A stretch of 64,000 nucleotides of DNA, taken from assembly GCA_036281075.1 (NCBI GenBank), contig DASUPO010000098.1, forward strand, positions 5,082 through 69,081, written 5' to 3'. The DNA is from Actinomycetota bacterium (GTDB lineage Bacteria; Actinomycetota; UBA4738; HRBIN12). Numbering within the stretch: the first letter of the stretch is position 1; each line of letters begins with the position of its first letter. The notes under the pieces were generated by a model. It was not told where the DNA came from, did no database searches, and saw only the letters and a list, made by a program, of their open reading frames with translations. This document shows, one piece after another, positions 1-8,964 of the stretch. Both the position numbers and the translations under genes were made by a program.

Positions 1-192
1 GCCGCCGTCCTCGTAGGCGAAGACGATCAACGCGATGAACGCCGCCCATTCCGCGATCGTGAACGCGAGATAGGCGACCTGAGCCTTCGCGAGGTCCGGG
101 GAACGGAACGAGTCGATCAGCGCCGAGAACGACGCGCGGAGGTCCGCGACGATGCGGCCGAGCCCGGTCGCCGTACGCGGTTCCGCAGCCAT
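1..192 (-). CDS. N-terminal fragment (about 64 aa) of a probable MFS-type transporter; the gene runs off the window start
   Basis: The reverse-strand ATG (plus-strand 'cat' at 190-192) opens MAAEPRTATGLGRIVADLRASFSALIDSFRSPDLAKAQVAYLAFTIAEWAAFIALIVFAYEDGG. A short Arg-containing cytoplasmic N-terminus followed by a hydrophobic helix is typical of MFS permeases. Partial gene, so the assignment is weak. Confidence 0.3.
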   Translation of the reverse strand, partial: MAAEPRTATGLGRIVADLRASFSALIDSFRSPDLAKAQVAYLAFTIAEWAAFIALIVFAYEDGG

Positions 193-326
193 GAGGGGAA
201 GGAGTCTAGGCCAGCGTCCCGATCCGGGGCCCCGACCTGGAGACGTCCGTTCCGCTACAGTCGGTGACGAAGAGCGGGCCGGCCCCGCCGCCCGCGCATC
301 ACACCACCTCTCCCGGAAGGATCCTC

Positions 327-1637
327 ATGCCACGCCGTGTTCTGATCATGGGAGCCGCAGGTCGCGACTTCCACAACTTCAACGTCGTGTACCGCGACGA
401 CCCGCAGAGCGAGGTCGTCGCGTTCACGGCAACGCAGATCCCGTACATCGACGACCGGACGTATCCGGCGGAGCTCGCGGGGGATCGCTATCCGGCCGGC
501 ATCCCGATCCACGAGGAGGGGGAGCTCACGCGGCTGATCCGCGATCTCGACGTGGACGACGTCGTGTTCGCGTACTCCGACGTCTCCCACGAGTACGTGA
601 TGCACAAGGCGAGCGAGGCGCTCGCCGCCGGCGCGAACTTCCTCCTCCTCGGTCCGGACGCGACGATGCTCCGGCCACGGATCCCGACCGTCGCGGTCAC
701 GGCGGTCCGTACCGGCGTCGGGAAGTCGCAGACCACACGCGCGGTCGCCGCGACCCTGAAGGAGGCGGGCAAGGCCGTCGTCGCGGTCCGCCATCCGATG
801 CCGTACGGGGACCTCACCGCGCAACGCGTGCAACGATTCGCCGAGCACGAGGATCTCGACCGCCACCACTGCACGATCGAGGAGCGCGAGGAGTACGAGC
901 CGCACATCGCGAGCGGCACGGTGATCTACGCCGGCGTCGACTACGCGGAGATCCTGGAGCAAGCGCAGACCGAGGGGGACGTGCTCCTGTGGGACGGCGG
1001 CAACAACGACCTCCCGTTCTACGTGCCCACCGTCCACCTGGCGCTCGTCGACCCGCTCAGGGCGGGGCACGAGACGCGGTACCACCCCGGCGAGGCGAAC
1101 CTGCGGCGCGGGGACGTGATCGTGATCAACAAGATCGACTCCGCCACGTCCGAACAGGTCGCGCAGCTGGAGGCGACGATCGCGGACACGAACCCGGCGG
1201 CCACCGTCGTGAAGGCGAACTCGAAGGTCACGGTCGACGATCCGGACGCGATCGCCGGCAAGCGCGTCCTCGTGGTCGAGGACGGCCCGACGCTCACGCA
1301 CGGGGAGATGAAGATCGGGGCGGGCGTCGTGGCGGCCGAACGGTCCGGGGCCGCGGAGATCGTCGACCCACGGCCGTGGGCGATCGGCTCGATCCAGGAG
1401 ACGTTCGAGAAGTACGACGTCGGCGCGGTGCTGCCGGCGATGGGCTACAGCCAGGGGCAGCTCGACGAGATGGCGAAGATCATCGACGCCTCCGACGCCG
1501 ACCTCGTGGTGATCGGGACGCCGATCGACCTCCGGAGGGTGGTCGAGATCCACAAGCCCGCCGTCCGCGTCAGCTACGACCTCGACATCCTTCCGGACTC
1601 GCCGACCCTGGCCGACGTGCTCCGGCCCGTGCTCTAG
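327..1637 (+). CDS. cyclic 2,3-diphosphoglycerate synthetase (cDPGS)-like P-loop protein
   Basis: The ORF frame runs 264..1637. The ATG at 327 (MPRRVLIMGAAGRDFHNF...) lies 6 nt after the RBS GGAAGGA. The N-terminus is a Rossmann-like domain and the middle carries a Walker A motif (RTGVGKSQT). Architecture and motifs match my recollection of the methanogen cDPGS family. Family call is from memory. Confidence 0.6.
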   Translation: MPRRVLIMGAAGRDFHNFNVVYRDDPQSEVVAFTATQIPYIDDRTYPAELAGDRYPAGIPIHEEGELTRLIRDLDVDDVVFAYSDVSHEYVMHKASEALAAGANFLLLGPDATMLRPRIPTVAVTAVRTGVGKSQTTRAVAATLKEAGKAVVAVRHPMPYGDLTAQRVQRFAEHEDLDRHHCTIEEREEYEPHIASGTVIYAGVDYAEILEQAQTEGDVLLWDGGNNDLPFYVPTVHLALVDPLRAGHETRYHPGEANLRRGDVIVINKIDSATSEQVAQLEATIADTNPAATVVKANSKVTVDDPDAIAGKRVLVVEDGPTLTHGEMKIGAGVVAAERSGAAEIVDPRPWAIGSIQETFEKYDVGAVLPAMGYSQGQLDEMAKIIDASDADLVVIGTPIDLRRVVEIHKPAVRVSYDLDILPDSPTLADVLRPVL

Positions 1638-1655
1638 GGGCGGGAAGGGCACGCG

Positions 1656-2594
1656 ATGGCTCGCGTCGTCGTGGCGCTCGGCGGCAACGCCCTGCTCCGC
1701 CGCGGCGCGGATGACACGTTCGAGGAGATGTCACGGGCGGCCCGCGCCGCGGCGGAGCGGATCGCCGACATCGCCGCGGACGGGTGGGAGGTCGTGGTGA
1801 CCCACGGCAACGGTCCCCAGGTGGGGCGGATCCTGATCCAGCAGGAGGCGGCGGCGAAGACCGTCTCCCCGATGCCGCTGGACGTCTGCGGCGCCGAGAG
1901 CCAGGGCCTGATCGGGTACCTCCTGCAGGTGACGATCGGCGACGTGTTCTTCGAGCGGGGCATGGAGCGTCCCGTCGCGACGGTCCTCACGCTCTCCCGG
2001 GTCCGACCGCAGGACCCCGCGTTCCGCAAGCCCACGAAGTTCGTGGGGCCGTTCTACTCGGCCTCGCAGGCGAAGCGGCTCGAGGAACAGCGAGCCTGGG
2101 TGCTGAAGGAGGACCCGCACGGCGGTTGGCGGCGCGTCGTGCCGTCGCCGAGGCCGTACTCGATCGTCGAGACGCCCGTGGTGCGGCGGCTCGTCGCCGA
2201 CGGGGTGATCGTGATCGCCGGTGGCGGGGGAGGCGTGCCCGTGATCGAGAAGGGGCCGCGGCTGATCGGCAAGGAGGGCGTCGTGGACAAGGACCTCGCC
2301 GCCGCGATCCTCGCCGCGGAGGTGGAGGCGACGACCCTGCTGATCCTCACGGACGTGCCTCGGGTCCAGCGCGGCTACGGCAGCCTCTACCCCGAGGACG
2401 TCGAGAAGATGACGACCGACGAGGCCGAGACGCTGCTGAAGCGTGGCGAGTTCGGCGCCGGTTCGATGGGGCCCAAGGTCCAGGCGGCCCTCGACTTCCT
2501 GGAGGCGGGCGGGGAGCGGGCGATGATCGGCGATCTCGACGAGGCGCCCGCCGTGCTCCGCGGCGAGGCCGGCACGGCGATCGTGCCGTCGTGA
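1656..2594 (+). CDS. arcC: carbamate kinase (amino-acid kinase family)
   Basis: Hallmarks VVALGGNAL, THGNGPQVG and GSMGPKV are present at about 312 aa. There is a GGGAAGGG RBS 8 nt upstream of the ATG. Confidence 0.8.
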   Translation: MARVVVALGGNALLRRGADDTFEEMSRAARAAAERIADIAADGWEVVVTHGNGPQVGRILIQQEAAAKTVSPMPLDVCGAESQGLIGYLLQVTIGDVFFERGMERPVATVLTLSRVRPQDPAFRKPTKFVGPFYSASQAKRLEEQRAWVLKEDPHGGWRRVVPSPRPYSIVETPVVRRLVADGVIVIAGGGGGVPVIEKGPRLIGKEGVVDKDLAAAILAAEVEATTLLILTDVPRVQRGYGSLYPEDVEKMTTDEAETLLKRGEFGAGSMGPKVQAALDFLEAGGERAMIGDLDEAPAVLRGEAGTAIVPS

Positions 2595-3259
2595 CCGAGC
2601 GGGTCCTCCGCGTCGCGACCTGGAACGTGCACGGTCTGCGGGCAGGCGTGCCCGCCGCCGCGTCCGCGATCCGGGCGGAAGAGCCGGACGTCCTCCTCCT
2701 GCAGGAGTCCGGCCCCCGCCGCCGCCTCCGGGACCTGGGACGGGCGCTCGGCTGGACGGTGAGCGCCGACCCACGCGTGTTCCCCCGCCGCCGGGTCCAG
2801 AACGCGCTCCTTGCGCGGCCCGGCGCGGCCGAGCTGATCCGGCCGCGGCTCGTCCGCTTCGCGCGAGGATCGCCCTGGCATCCGCGGGGGGCGCTGATCG
2901 CGGAGGTGGACGAACGATGGACGGCCGTCTCGGCCCACCTCGGCCTCGATCGACGCGAACGGGAGCGGCACGTCGCGGAGTTGGGCTCTCTCTTCGAAGG
3001 AGCGACGAGGCCGCTGGTGCTGGGCGCCGACCTCAACGCGAGACCGGACGACCCGGTCTCGCGATCCCTCGCCGCGCAGCTCACCGACGTATGGGGGCAG
3101 GTGGGGGAGGACGACGGAGCGACGTTCCCGGCGACGGAGCCCACGGCGAGGATCGACTACCTGTTCGTGGGGCCGGCGTTCCAGGCGCTCCGCGCCTGGA
3201 CCGCCGGCAGCACGGCCTCCGACCACCTGATGGTGGTCGCGGACCTGGCGTTCGACTAG
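2591..3259 (+). CDS. endonuclease/exonuclease/phosphatase (EEP) family protein
   Basis: The GTG start overlaps the carbamate-kinase stop (GTGA). The sequence LRVATWNVHG...LLLQE...DHLMVVADL fits the EEP fold motifs. Confidence 0.7.
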   Translation: MTERVLRVATWNVHGLRAGVPAAASAIRAEEPDVLLLQESGPRRRLRDLGRALGWTVSADPRVFPRRRVQNALLARPGAAELIRPRLVRFARGSPWHPRGALIAEVDERWTAVSAHLGLDRRERERHVAELGSLFEGATRPLVLGADLNARPDDPVSRSLAAQLTDVWGQVGEDDGATFPATEPTARIDYLFVGPAFQALRAWTAGSTASDHLMVVADLAFD

Positions 3260-3405
3260 CGGCGGGTCTTCCGCGGACGGCCCGGGTTGCGGAAGAACTG
3301 GATCGCCATGAACAGGCCGAAGAACGTGACGACCACGACCAACAGGGTCAGCAATCCGAGGAAGAACCACTCGAGGAACCCGTTGATCGCGAGCATCTCC
3401 GGCAT
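3256..3405 (-). CDS. small hydrophobic protein (49 aa, single TM)
   Basis: MPEMLAINGFLEWFFLGLLTLLVVVVTFFGLFMAIQFFRNPGRPRKTRR. The composition is clean and it ends in a basic tail. It overlaps the EEP stop. No homology claim is made. Confidence 0.3.
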   Translation of the reverse strand: MPEMLAINGFLEWFFLGLLTLLVVVVTFFGLFMAIQFFRNPGRPRKTRR

Positions 3406-3448
3406 CCTACGGGGGCAGGTGCGATCGGGCGTCGGATAGGGTGGCCCG

Positions 3449-4477
3449 ATGCGGCTGGGGGTGCTCACCGGCGGCGGCGACTGCCCCGGCCTGAACGCCG
3501 CGATCCGAGCGGTCGTCCGGCGTGGCGTGCGCGGCCACGGCATCGAGTTCATGGGGTTCCAGGACGGATGGAAGGGCGTGCTCGACGACGCGTGCGAGCC
3601 GCTCGGCGTCCCGGAGACGAGAGGCATCCTCCACCGCGGCGGCACGATCCTGGGGTCGTCGAGCACGGACCCGATCCGGGCCGAGGACGGGCCGGACCGG
3701 GTCCGCGCCACCCTCGAACGGCACGTGCTCGACGGCCTCGTCGTGATCGGGGGAGAGGGGACGCTGAAGTCGGTCGTGCCCCTGGCCGAACGCGGGGTCC
3801 GGGTCGTGGGGATCCCGAAGACGATCGACAACGACGTGGCGGGCACGGACACGACGATCGGCTTCACGACGGCGGCTCAGCTCGCGACCGACGCGGTCGA
3901 CCGGCTGCACTCGACGGCCGAGAGCCACGACCGCGTGATGCTCGTCGAGGTGATGGGCCGGCATGCCGGCTGGATCGCGGTCCACGCCGGCATGGCCGGC
4001 GGCGCCGACGCGATCCTGATCCCGGAACAGCCCTTCGACATCGACGAGGTGAGCGAGCACCTTCGGCGACGTCACGCCGGCGGTCGATCGTTCTCGATCG
4101 TCGTGGTCGCGGAGGGCGCGGCGCCGATCGAGGGCATGCTCGAGCTGCCGGAAGCGCCGCTCGACGAGAACGGGTTCCCCCGGTTGGGCGGGCTCGCGAG
4201 CTGGCTCGCGCCCGGATTCGAGGAACGAACCGGGTTCGCCACGCGGGTGACGATCCTCGGTCACCTTCAGCGGGGCGGTTCACCGGTCGCATCCGACCGG
4301 GTGCTCGCCACACGGTTCGGGATCGCCGCCGCCGACCTGGCGGCCGCCGGGGGCTGGGGCCGGATGGTCGCTCTCTACGGACGGGATATCCGTGACGTCC
4401 GGATCGCCGACACGGTCGGACTGCGGAACCTCGTGCCCATCGAGCTCTATCGTGACGCTGCCGTCTTCTTCGGATAG
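3449..4477 (+). CDS. pfkA: 6-phosphofructokinase
   Basis: MRLGVLTGGGDCPGLNAAIRAVV, GGEGT and PKTIDNDV are the classic PFK-A family motifs. Confidence 0.9.
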   Translation: MRLGVLTGGGDCPGLNAAIRAVVRRGVRGHGIEFMGFQDGWKGVLDDACEPLGVPETRGILHRGGTILGSSSTDPIRAEDGPDRVRATLERHVLDGLVVIGGEGTLKSVVPLAERGVRVVGIPKTIDNDVAGTDTTIGFTTAAQLATDAVDRLHSTAESHDRVMLVEVMGRHAGWIAVHAGMAGGADAILIPEQPFDIDEVSEHLRRRHAGGRSFSIVVVAEGAAPIEGMLELPEAPLDENGFPRLGGLASWLAPGFEERTGFATRVTILGHLQRGGSPVASDRVLATRFGIAAADLAAAGGWGRMVALYGRDIRDVRIADTVGLRNLVPIELYRDAAVFFG

Positions 4478-4496
4478 CTCGCGGTAGGGTCGACGC

Positions 4497-5645
4497 ATGC
4501 GCATCGGCATCCTCACGGGCGGCGGGGACGTGCCCGGGCTGAACGCGTGTATCAAGGCGGTGACCAACCGGGCCGTCGCCGACGGCCACGAGGTCGTCGG
4601 GATCCGGCGCGGCTGGGCCGGGCTCCTCGAGCTGGATCCGAGCGATCCCGACGGTGCCGCCACCCACACGCTGAAGCTCGACCCCGAGGTCGTCCGGACG
4701 ATCGACAGGACCGGCGGCACGATCCTGCATACGTCGCGGACGAACCCCGCCAAGGTCCGTCCCGCCGACGAGCCGGACTTCCTCAAGGCCGGCCGCGTGA
4801 AGGACGAGGCCCGCGATCACACCCAACACGTCCTGAGGGTCCTGGATCAGGTGGGCATCGACGCGCTCGCACCGATCGGGGGCGACGACACGCTGTCGTT
4901 CGCCCTCCGGCTGCACGACGAGGGCGTGCCCGTGGTCGCGATCCCGAAGACGATGGACAACGACGTCCACGGGACGGACTACTGCATCGGGTTCTCGACC
5001 GCGGTCACGCGGACGGTGATCTTCATCCACCAGCTCCGGACCAGCGCTGGGTCGCACGAACGGCTCGCGGTCGTCGAGGTGTTCGGCCGGTACAGCGGCG
5101 AGACCTCGCTCGTGTCCGCCTACCTCTCCGGGATGGACCGCGCGATCATCAGCGAGGTTCCCTTCGACGTCGAGAAGCTCGCGACGCTGCTGATGGACGA
5201 CAAGCGCAAGAATCCCTCCCGCTACGCGATGACGACGATCTCCGAGGGCGCGCACTTCGTCGGCGGCGAGATGGTGATGGGCGGGACCGCCGACGCGTAC
5301 GGCCACCGGAAGCTCGGCGGGATCGGCGCGCAGACGGGTGAGGCCCTGAAGGAGATCACCGGCGAGGGGATCATCCACCAGCAGGTCGGCTACCTGATGC
5401 GCTCGGGCTCTCCCGACGCGCTCGATCTCATGGTCGCCACGAACTACGCGGTGATGGCCGCCGACCTGCTCCTGGAGGGCACGCACGGGCGGCTCGTCGC
5501 GCTCCGGAACGGGACCTACGTGAACGTGCCGGTCGAGGAGGTCCGCCGCGGCGTGAAGCGGGTCGACGTCGACGCCCTCTACGACACAGACGAGTACCGG
5601 CCGAAGATCCGCCACGTCGACGGCAAGCCGATGTTCCTCTACTGA
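4497..5645 (+). CDS. pfp: 6-phosphofructokinase paralog with PPi-type signature residues
   Basis: [22 protein letters not shown] opens the protein. GGDDT (Asp at the position that is Gly in ATP-PFKs) and PKTMDNDV (Lys) are the residues associated with PPi dependence. Confidence 0.8.
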   Translation: MRIGILTGGGDVPGLNACIKAVTNRAVADGHEVVGIRRGWAGLLELDPSDPDGAATHTLKLDPEVVRTIDRTGGTILHTSRTNPAKVRPADEPDFLKAGRVKDEARDHTQHVLRVLDQVGIDALAPIGGDDTLSFALRLHDEGVPVVAIPKTMDNDVHGTDYCIGFSTAVTRTVIFIHQLRTSAGSHERLAVVEVFGRYSGETSLVSAYLSGMDRAIISEVPFDVEKLATLLMDDKRKNPSRYAMTTISEGAHFVGGEMVMGGTADAYGHRKLGGIGAQTGEALKEITGEGIIHQQVGYLMRSGSPDALDLMVATNYAVMAADLLLEGTHGRLVALRNGTYVNVPVEEVRRGVKRVDVDALYDTDEYRPKIRHVDGKPMFLY

Positions 5646-5781
5646 GGAGGTCCCGACGCCGGTTCCCGAGCGAGTCGTCGAGCTTCAGCGCGAGCTCGAC
5701 GAAGGTCCCAGGCCCATTCCGCTTCATCCACCGGTTGAGCAGCGACCGTCGATCACCCAAGTCTCGCTAGACTCGCGCTCG

Positions 5782-6837
5782 ATGAGCTCCTTCCGGGTCG
5801 ATCTGCGCTCCGACACCGTCACGAAGCCGTCGAACGCGATGCGCCACGCGATGGCCCGCGCCGAGGTCGGCGACGACTGGTACGACGACGACCCGACGGT
5901 GAACCTCCTGCAGGAGCGGTGCGCGGAGGCGGTCGGCAAGGAGGCAGCTGCGTTCGTCCCGACGGGCACGATGGCGAACCAGATCGGGCTGCGCCTCCAT
6001 TTCCAGGGGCCCGGGCATCTGGTCGCGGCGGGCGCCGGCCTCCACGTCACGAGCGTCGAGGTGATGACCGCGGCCGCCCTGGCCGGGATCGCGTACCGGA
6101 CGACCGATACCGGCCCTCGAGGCTGGATCGACGCCGAGCAGGCCGCCCAGCTCCTCGAGCCGGACGAGCTCTACGACGTCGAGGTCGTCGATCTCCTGTC
6201 CGTCGAGAACACGGTCGGCGGAGCCGGTGGTCGGGTCATGCCGATCCAGGAGCTCCGAGCGGTCCGGAAGGTCGCGGACGACGCGGGGGTGCCGGTGCAC
6301 CTCGACGGCGCTCGGATCTTCAACGCGGCCTCGGCGGCGGGGGTGGACGCCTCGGAGATCGCGGCCGAGTCGACGACGATGATGTTCTGCTTATCGAAAG
6401 GCCTGGGCGCGCCGATCGGCTCGGTCCTCTGCGGCCCCGCCGACATGGCCAGGGAGGCTCGTCGCCTGAAGATCCTCTATGGGGGCGCGTGGCGCCAGGC
6501 CGGGATCGTGGCCGCGGCCGGGTTGATCGCCCTGGAGGAGGGCCCGAAGCGTCTCCACGAGGACCACGAGCGGGCTCGCCGCCTGGCGGAAGGCATCGCC
6601 GAGGCCCTGCCGGGCTCGGTCGACCTCGAGCAGGTTGAAACGAACATGGTCCTGGTCGACACCGAAGCCGTGGGGATGCCGCTGTTCGAGACGATCGAAC
6701 GGATGGCGGCCCTCGGCATCGGCGTGACCCACTCCGGCGGCAAGGTCCGGATCGTCACGCACCTCGACGTCGACGACGAGGGCGTCGGGAGCGCGCTGGA
6801 CGCCTGGCGCGAGCTCGGGGCCGGAGGAAGGACCTAG
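5782..6837 (+). CDS. ltaE: low-specificity L-threonine aldolase
   Basis: The N-terminal VDLRSDTVTKPS motif and the PLP-fold body are present. Confidence 0.85.
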   Translation: MSSFRVDLRSDTVTKPSNAMRHAMARAEVGDDWYDDDPTVNLLQERCAEAVGKEAAAFVPTGTMANQIGLRLHFQGPGHLVAAGAGLHVTSVEVMTAAALAGIAYRTTDTGPRGWIDAEQAAQLLEPDELYDVEVVDLLSVENTVGGAGGRVMPIQELRAVRKVADDAGVPVHLDGARIFNAASAAGVDASEIAAESTTMMFCLSKGLGAPIGSVLCGPADMAREARRLKILYGGAWRQAGIVAAAGLIALEEGPKRLHEDHERARRLAEGIAEALPGSVDLEQVETNMVLVDTEAVGMPLFETIERMAALGIGVTHSGGKVRIVTHLDVDDEGVGSALDAWRELGAGGRT

Positions 6838-7461
6838 ATGGCGCTGTTCTCGAAGAACTATCCGCCGGAGATCGCGGGCCGGATCCCGCCCGGCCAGCGG
6901 CTCGTGAAGACGTGGCCCGTCCTGCATTACGGGCCGATCCCGTCGTTCGACGGGCAGAACTGGGACCTGGAGCTCTCGGGGCTCGTGGAGAACCCCGTCA
7001 CGCTCTCGTACCAGGAGTTCCGCGCGCTCCCGAACGTCACCGTGGACGCTGACATGCACTGCGTGACGGGCTGGACGACGCTGGACAACACGTGGACCGG
7101 CGTGTCGTTCCGCACGCTGACGGAGCTCGCGAAGCCGACGCCCGAGGCGAAGTGGGTGATCGCGCACTGCGAGTACGGCTACACGTCGAACCTGTCGCTC
7201 GAGGCGATGGACGACGACGACGTCCTGGTCGCCTGGCGGAACCACGGCGAGGACCTCGAGCCCGAGCACGGTTGGCCCCTCCGGCTCGTCGTGCCGAAGC
7301 GCTATGCGTGGAAGAGCGCGAAGTGGCTGACCCGTCTCGAGTTCACGGCGAAGAACGAGCGCGGGTTCTGGGAGGTGCGGGGTTACCACGTCCACGCGGA
7401 GCCGTTCGGCGAGGAGCGCTACTCGTACCAGGAGGGGCCGAGGGCCGAGCTCGAGCCCTAG
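6838..7461 (+). CDS. sulfite-oxidase-family molybdopterin oxidoreductase (MsrP/YedY-like catalytic domain)
   Basis: The ATG overlaps the ltaE stop (TAGATG). The protein is 207 aa and contains HCVTGWT and GWP.R motifs typical of the SO-family Moco domain. Confidence 0.7.
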   Translation: MALFSKNYPPEIAGRIPPGQRLVKTWPVLHYGPIPSFDGQNWDLELSGLVENPVTLSYQEFRALPNVTVDADMHCVTGWTTLDNTWTGVSFRTLTELAKPTPEAKWVIAHCEYGYTSNLSLEAMDDDDVLVAWRNHGEDLEPEHGWPLRLVVPKRYAWKSAKWLTRLEFTAKNERGFWEVRGYHVHAEPFGEERYSYQEGPRAELEP

Positions 7462-7841
7462 GACGATGCGCGCCGGACGCGCGTCCGCAGGATGTCGCGC
7501 AGGCTCACGATCCCGGCGACGCGGTTCCCGTCCACGACGGGGAGATGACGGAACCCCTGGCTCATCATGATCTCGGCGGCGTCGCCGGCATCCATGTCGG
7601 GGCTCGCCGTCACGGGGTCGCTCGTCATCCACTCGGAGATCTTCGCGGTCGTGAGATCGGCGTGGGCCGCGGCCGCACGGAGGACGTCGCGCTCGGTGAA
7701 GATCCCCATCAGCACGGAGCCCTCCATCACGAGGGCCGAGCCGAAGCGACCCTTGAGCATGTGTCCGGAGACCTCGGCGACGGTGTCCGTCGACGAGGTC
7801 GTGAACACGTCGGGGGTCATGATCTCCTCGAGCTTGATCAC
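7458..7841 (-). CDS. CBS-domain protein
   Basis: A tandem CBS pair (IMTPDVFTT...; VMEG..LMGIFTERD; RHLPVVDGNRVAGIVSLRDIL). Confidence 0.75.
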   Translation of the reverse strand: MIKLEEIMTPDVFTTSSTDTVAEVSGHMLKGRFGSALVMEGSVLMGIFTERDVLRAAAAHADLTTAKISEWMTSDPVTASPDMDAGDAAEIMMSQGFRHLPVVDGNRVAGIVSLRDILRTRVRRASS

Positions 7842-7860
7842 GTCGGTCCCTCCGGGGTCG

Positions 7861-8112
7861 TCAGCCGCCCTCGCCGCCGATGTCTCGCATATCGGGGTCC
7901 ACGACCGGCGCGGCGGCGTCGGCGAGGTCCTCGTTCAGCCGGCGCCAGAGCGAGCCGCCCCACGAACTCACGTGCGGCCATCGCTGCCAGAAGAGCTGCA
8001 GGGTGGCGTCGTCGAACGTCCTCGCCCCCTCGTCGGGCGTGATCGTCTCCGCGACGCGTTCGAATCCCTCGATCACGGCGAGCAGTCGCTCGGAAGCGTC
8101 GTCCACGGGCAC
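7861..8112 (-). CDS. acidic hypothetical protein (83 aa), GTG start
   Basis: Clean composition. It sits 20 nt upstream of the CBS gene on the same strand. The RBS is poorly spaced. Confidence 0.3.
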   Translation of the reverse strand: MPVDDASERLLAVIEGFERVAETITPDEGARTFDDATLQLFWQRWPHVSSWGGSLWRRLNEDLADAAAPVVDPDMRDIGGEGG

Positions 8113-8127
8113 CTCCCCGCGGCGAGT

Positions 8128-8964
8128 CTAGCCCGCGGGTGCGAAGGTCCGCAGACGGGCGATGTCGGCACGCTGGCGGGCCGCGTCGCCCGGTGTCTCG
8201 AGGATCCAGGGGACCGAGCCGAGCAGCGGATCGGTCGCGAGGGCCCGCCATCCCCGTTCGCCGATCAGGCCGTCCCCGATGTCCGCGTGACGGTCGCGGC
8301 GAGCGCCGCGCTCGAAGGCCGCGTCGTTGGCGTGGACGAGGCCAAGTCTCGAGGCGAGGCCTCGCGCACGGAGCTCCCGGGAGAGGACGCCGACGCCCGA
8401 GGGATCGTCGAGCGGGACACCGGCGGCGAAGAGATGCGCGGTGTCGAGGACGATGCCGAGCCGCTCGTCGACGGCGGCGACGAGCTCCTCGGCCTCGTGG
8501 GGAAGCGAGGCCACCGCGCCGGTGGTGCCCGCCATGAGCTCCGCGAGGACGCGCACGCGATCGGCCTCCGCGACGGCGAGCCGGTAGCTCTCCGCGGCGG
8601 CCCGCAGGGCCGCCTCGCGGCTCTGCGGGCCACCCGCGCCGGTGTGGACCACGAGGTGGTCCACACCGAGCGCGTCACAGGCGCGGACGGTTCCGAGGAT
8701 CAGCTCGCGCGTCCGCCGAAGGATCTCCGCGTCCCACGACGCGACGTTGCCCACGTAGGAGAGATGCGCGACGCACGGACGGAGCCCGCTCGCCGCCAGC
8801 GACCCACGGAAGCGGGCAACATCCTGGTCCGAGTACCGAGGACCTGCCCACGCTCGCGGGTTCGAGACGAAGATCTGCAGACAGTCCGCCTCCCGGAGAC
8901 GGGACTCCTCGATCGCCCCCTCGATGCCCGTCTGCCGGCGCCGGACGTGGGCGCCGAGGATCAC
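8128..8964 (-). CDS. nfo: endonuclease IV / AP-endonuclease family 2 (xylose-isomerase-like TIM barrel)
   Basis: LVHANDAAFERGARRDRHADIGDGLIG matches the EndoIV metal-site motif (HxND...DRHxxIGxGxIG). The start overlaps the kinase stop by 4 nt. Confidence 0.75.
   Translation of the reverse strand: MILGAHVRRRQTGIEGAIEESRLREADCLQIFVSNPRAWAGPRYSDQDVARFRGSLAASGLRPCVAHLSYVGNVASWDAEILRRTRELILGTVRACDALGVDHLVVHTGAGGPQSREAALRAAAESYRLAVAEADRVRVLAELMAGTTGAVASLPHEAEELVAAVDERLGIVLDTAHLFAAGVPLDDPSGVGVLSRELRARGLASRLGLVHANDAAFERGARRDRHADIGDGLIGERGWRALATDPLLGSVPWILETPGDAARQRADIARLRTFAPAG

Noticed and set aside
152-1714. 520-aa and 465-aa ORFs (152..1714 +, 255..1652 -) overlapping the cDPGS-like gene
   Set aside because: Extremely Arg/Gly/Pro-rich translations typical of alternative frames in 70+% GC DNA. 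The in-frame 264/327..1637 product has coherent domain motifs.
3864-5615. 583-aa ORF antisense to both pfk genes
   Set aside because: Low-complexity R/P/G-rich translation with no motifs. The sense strand encodes textbook PFKs.
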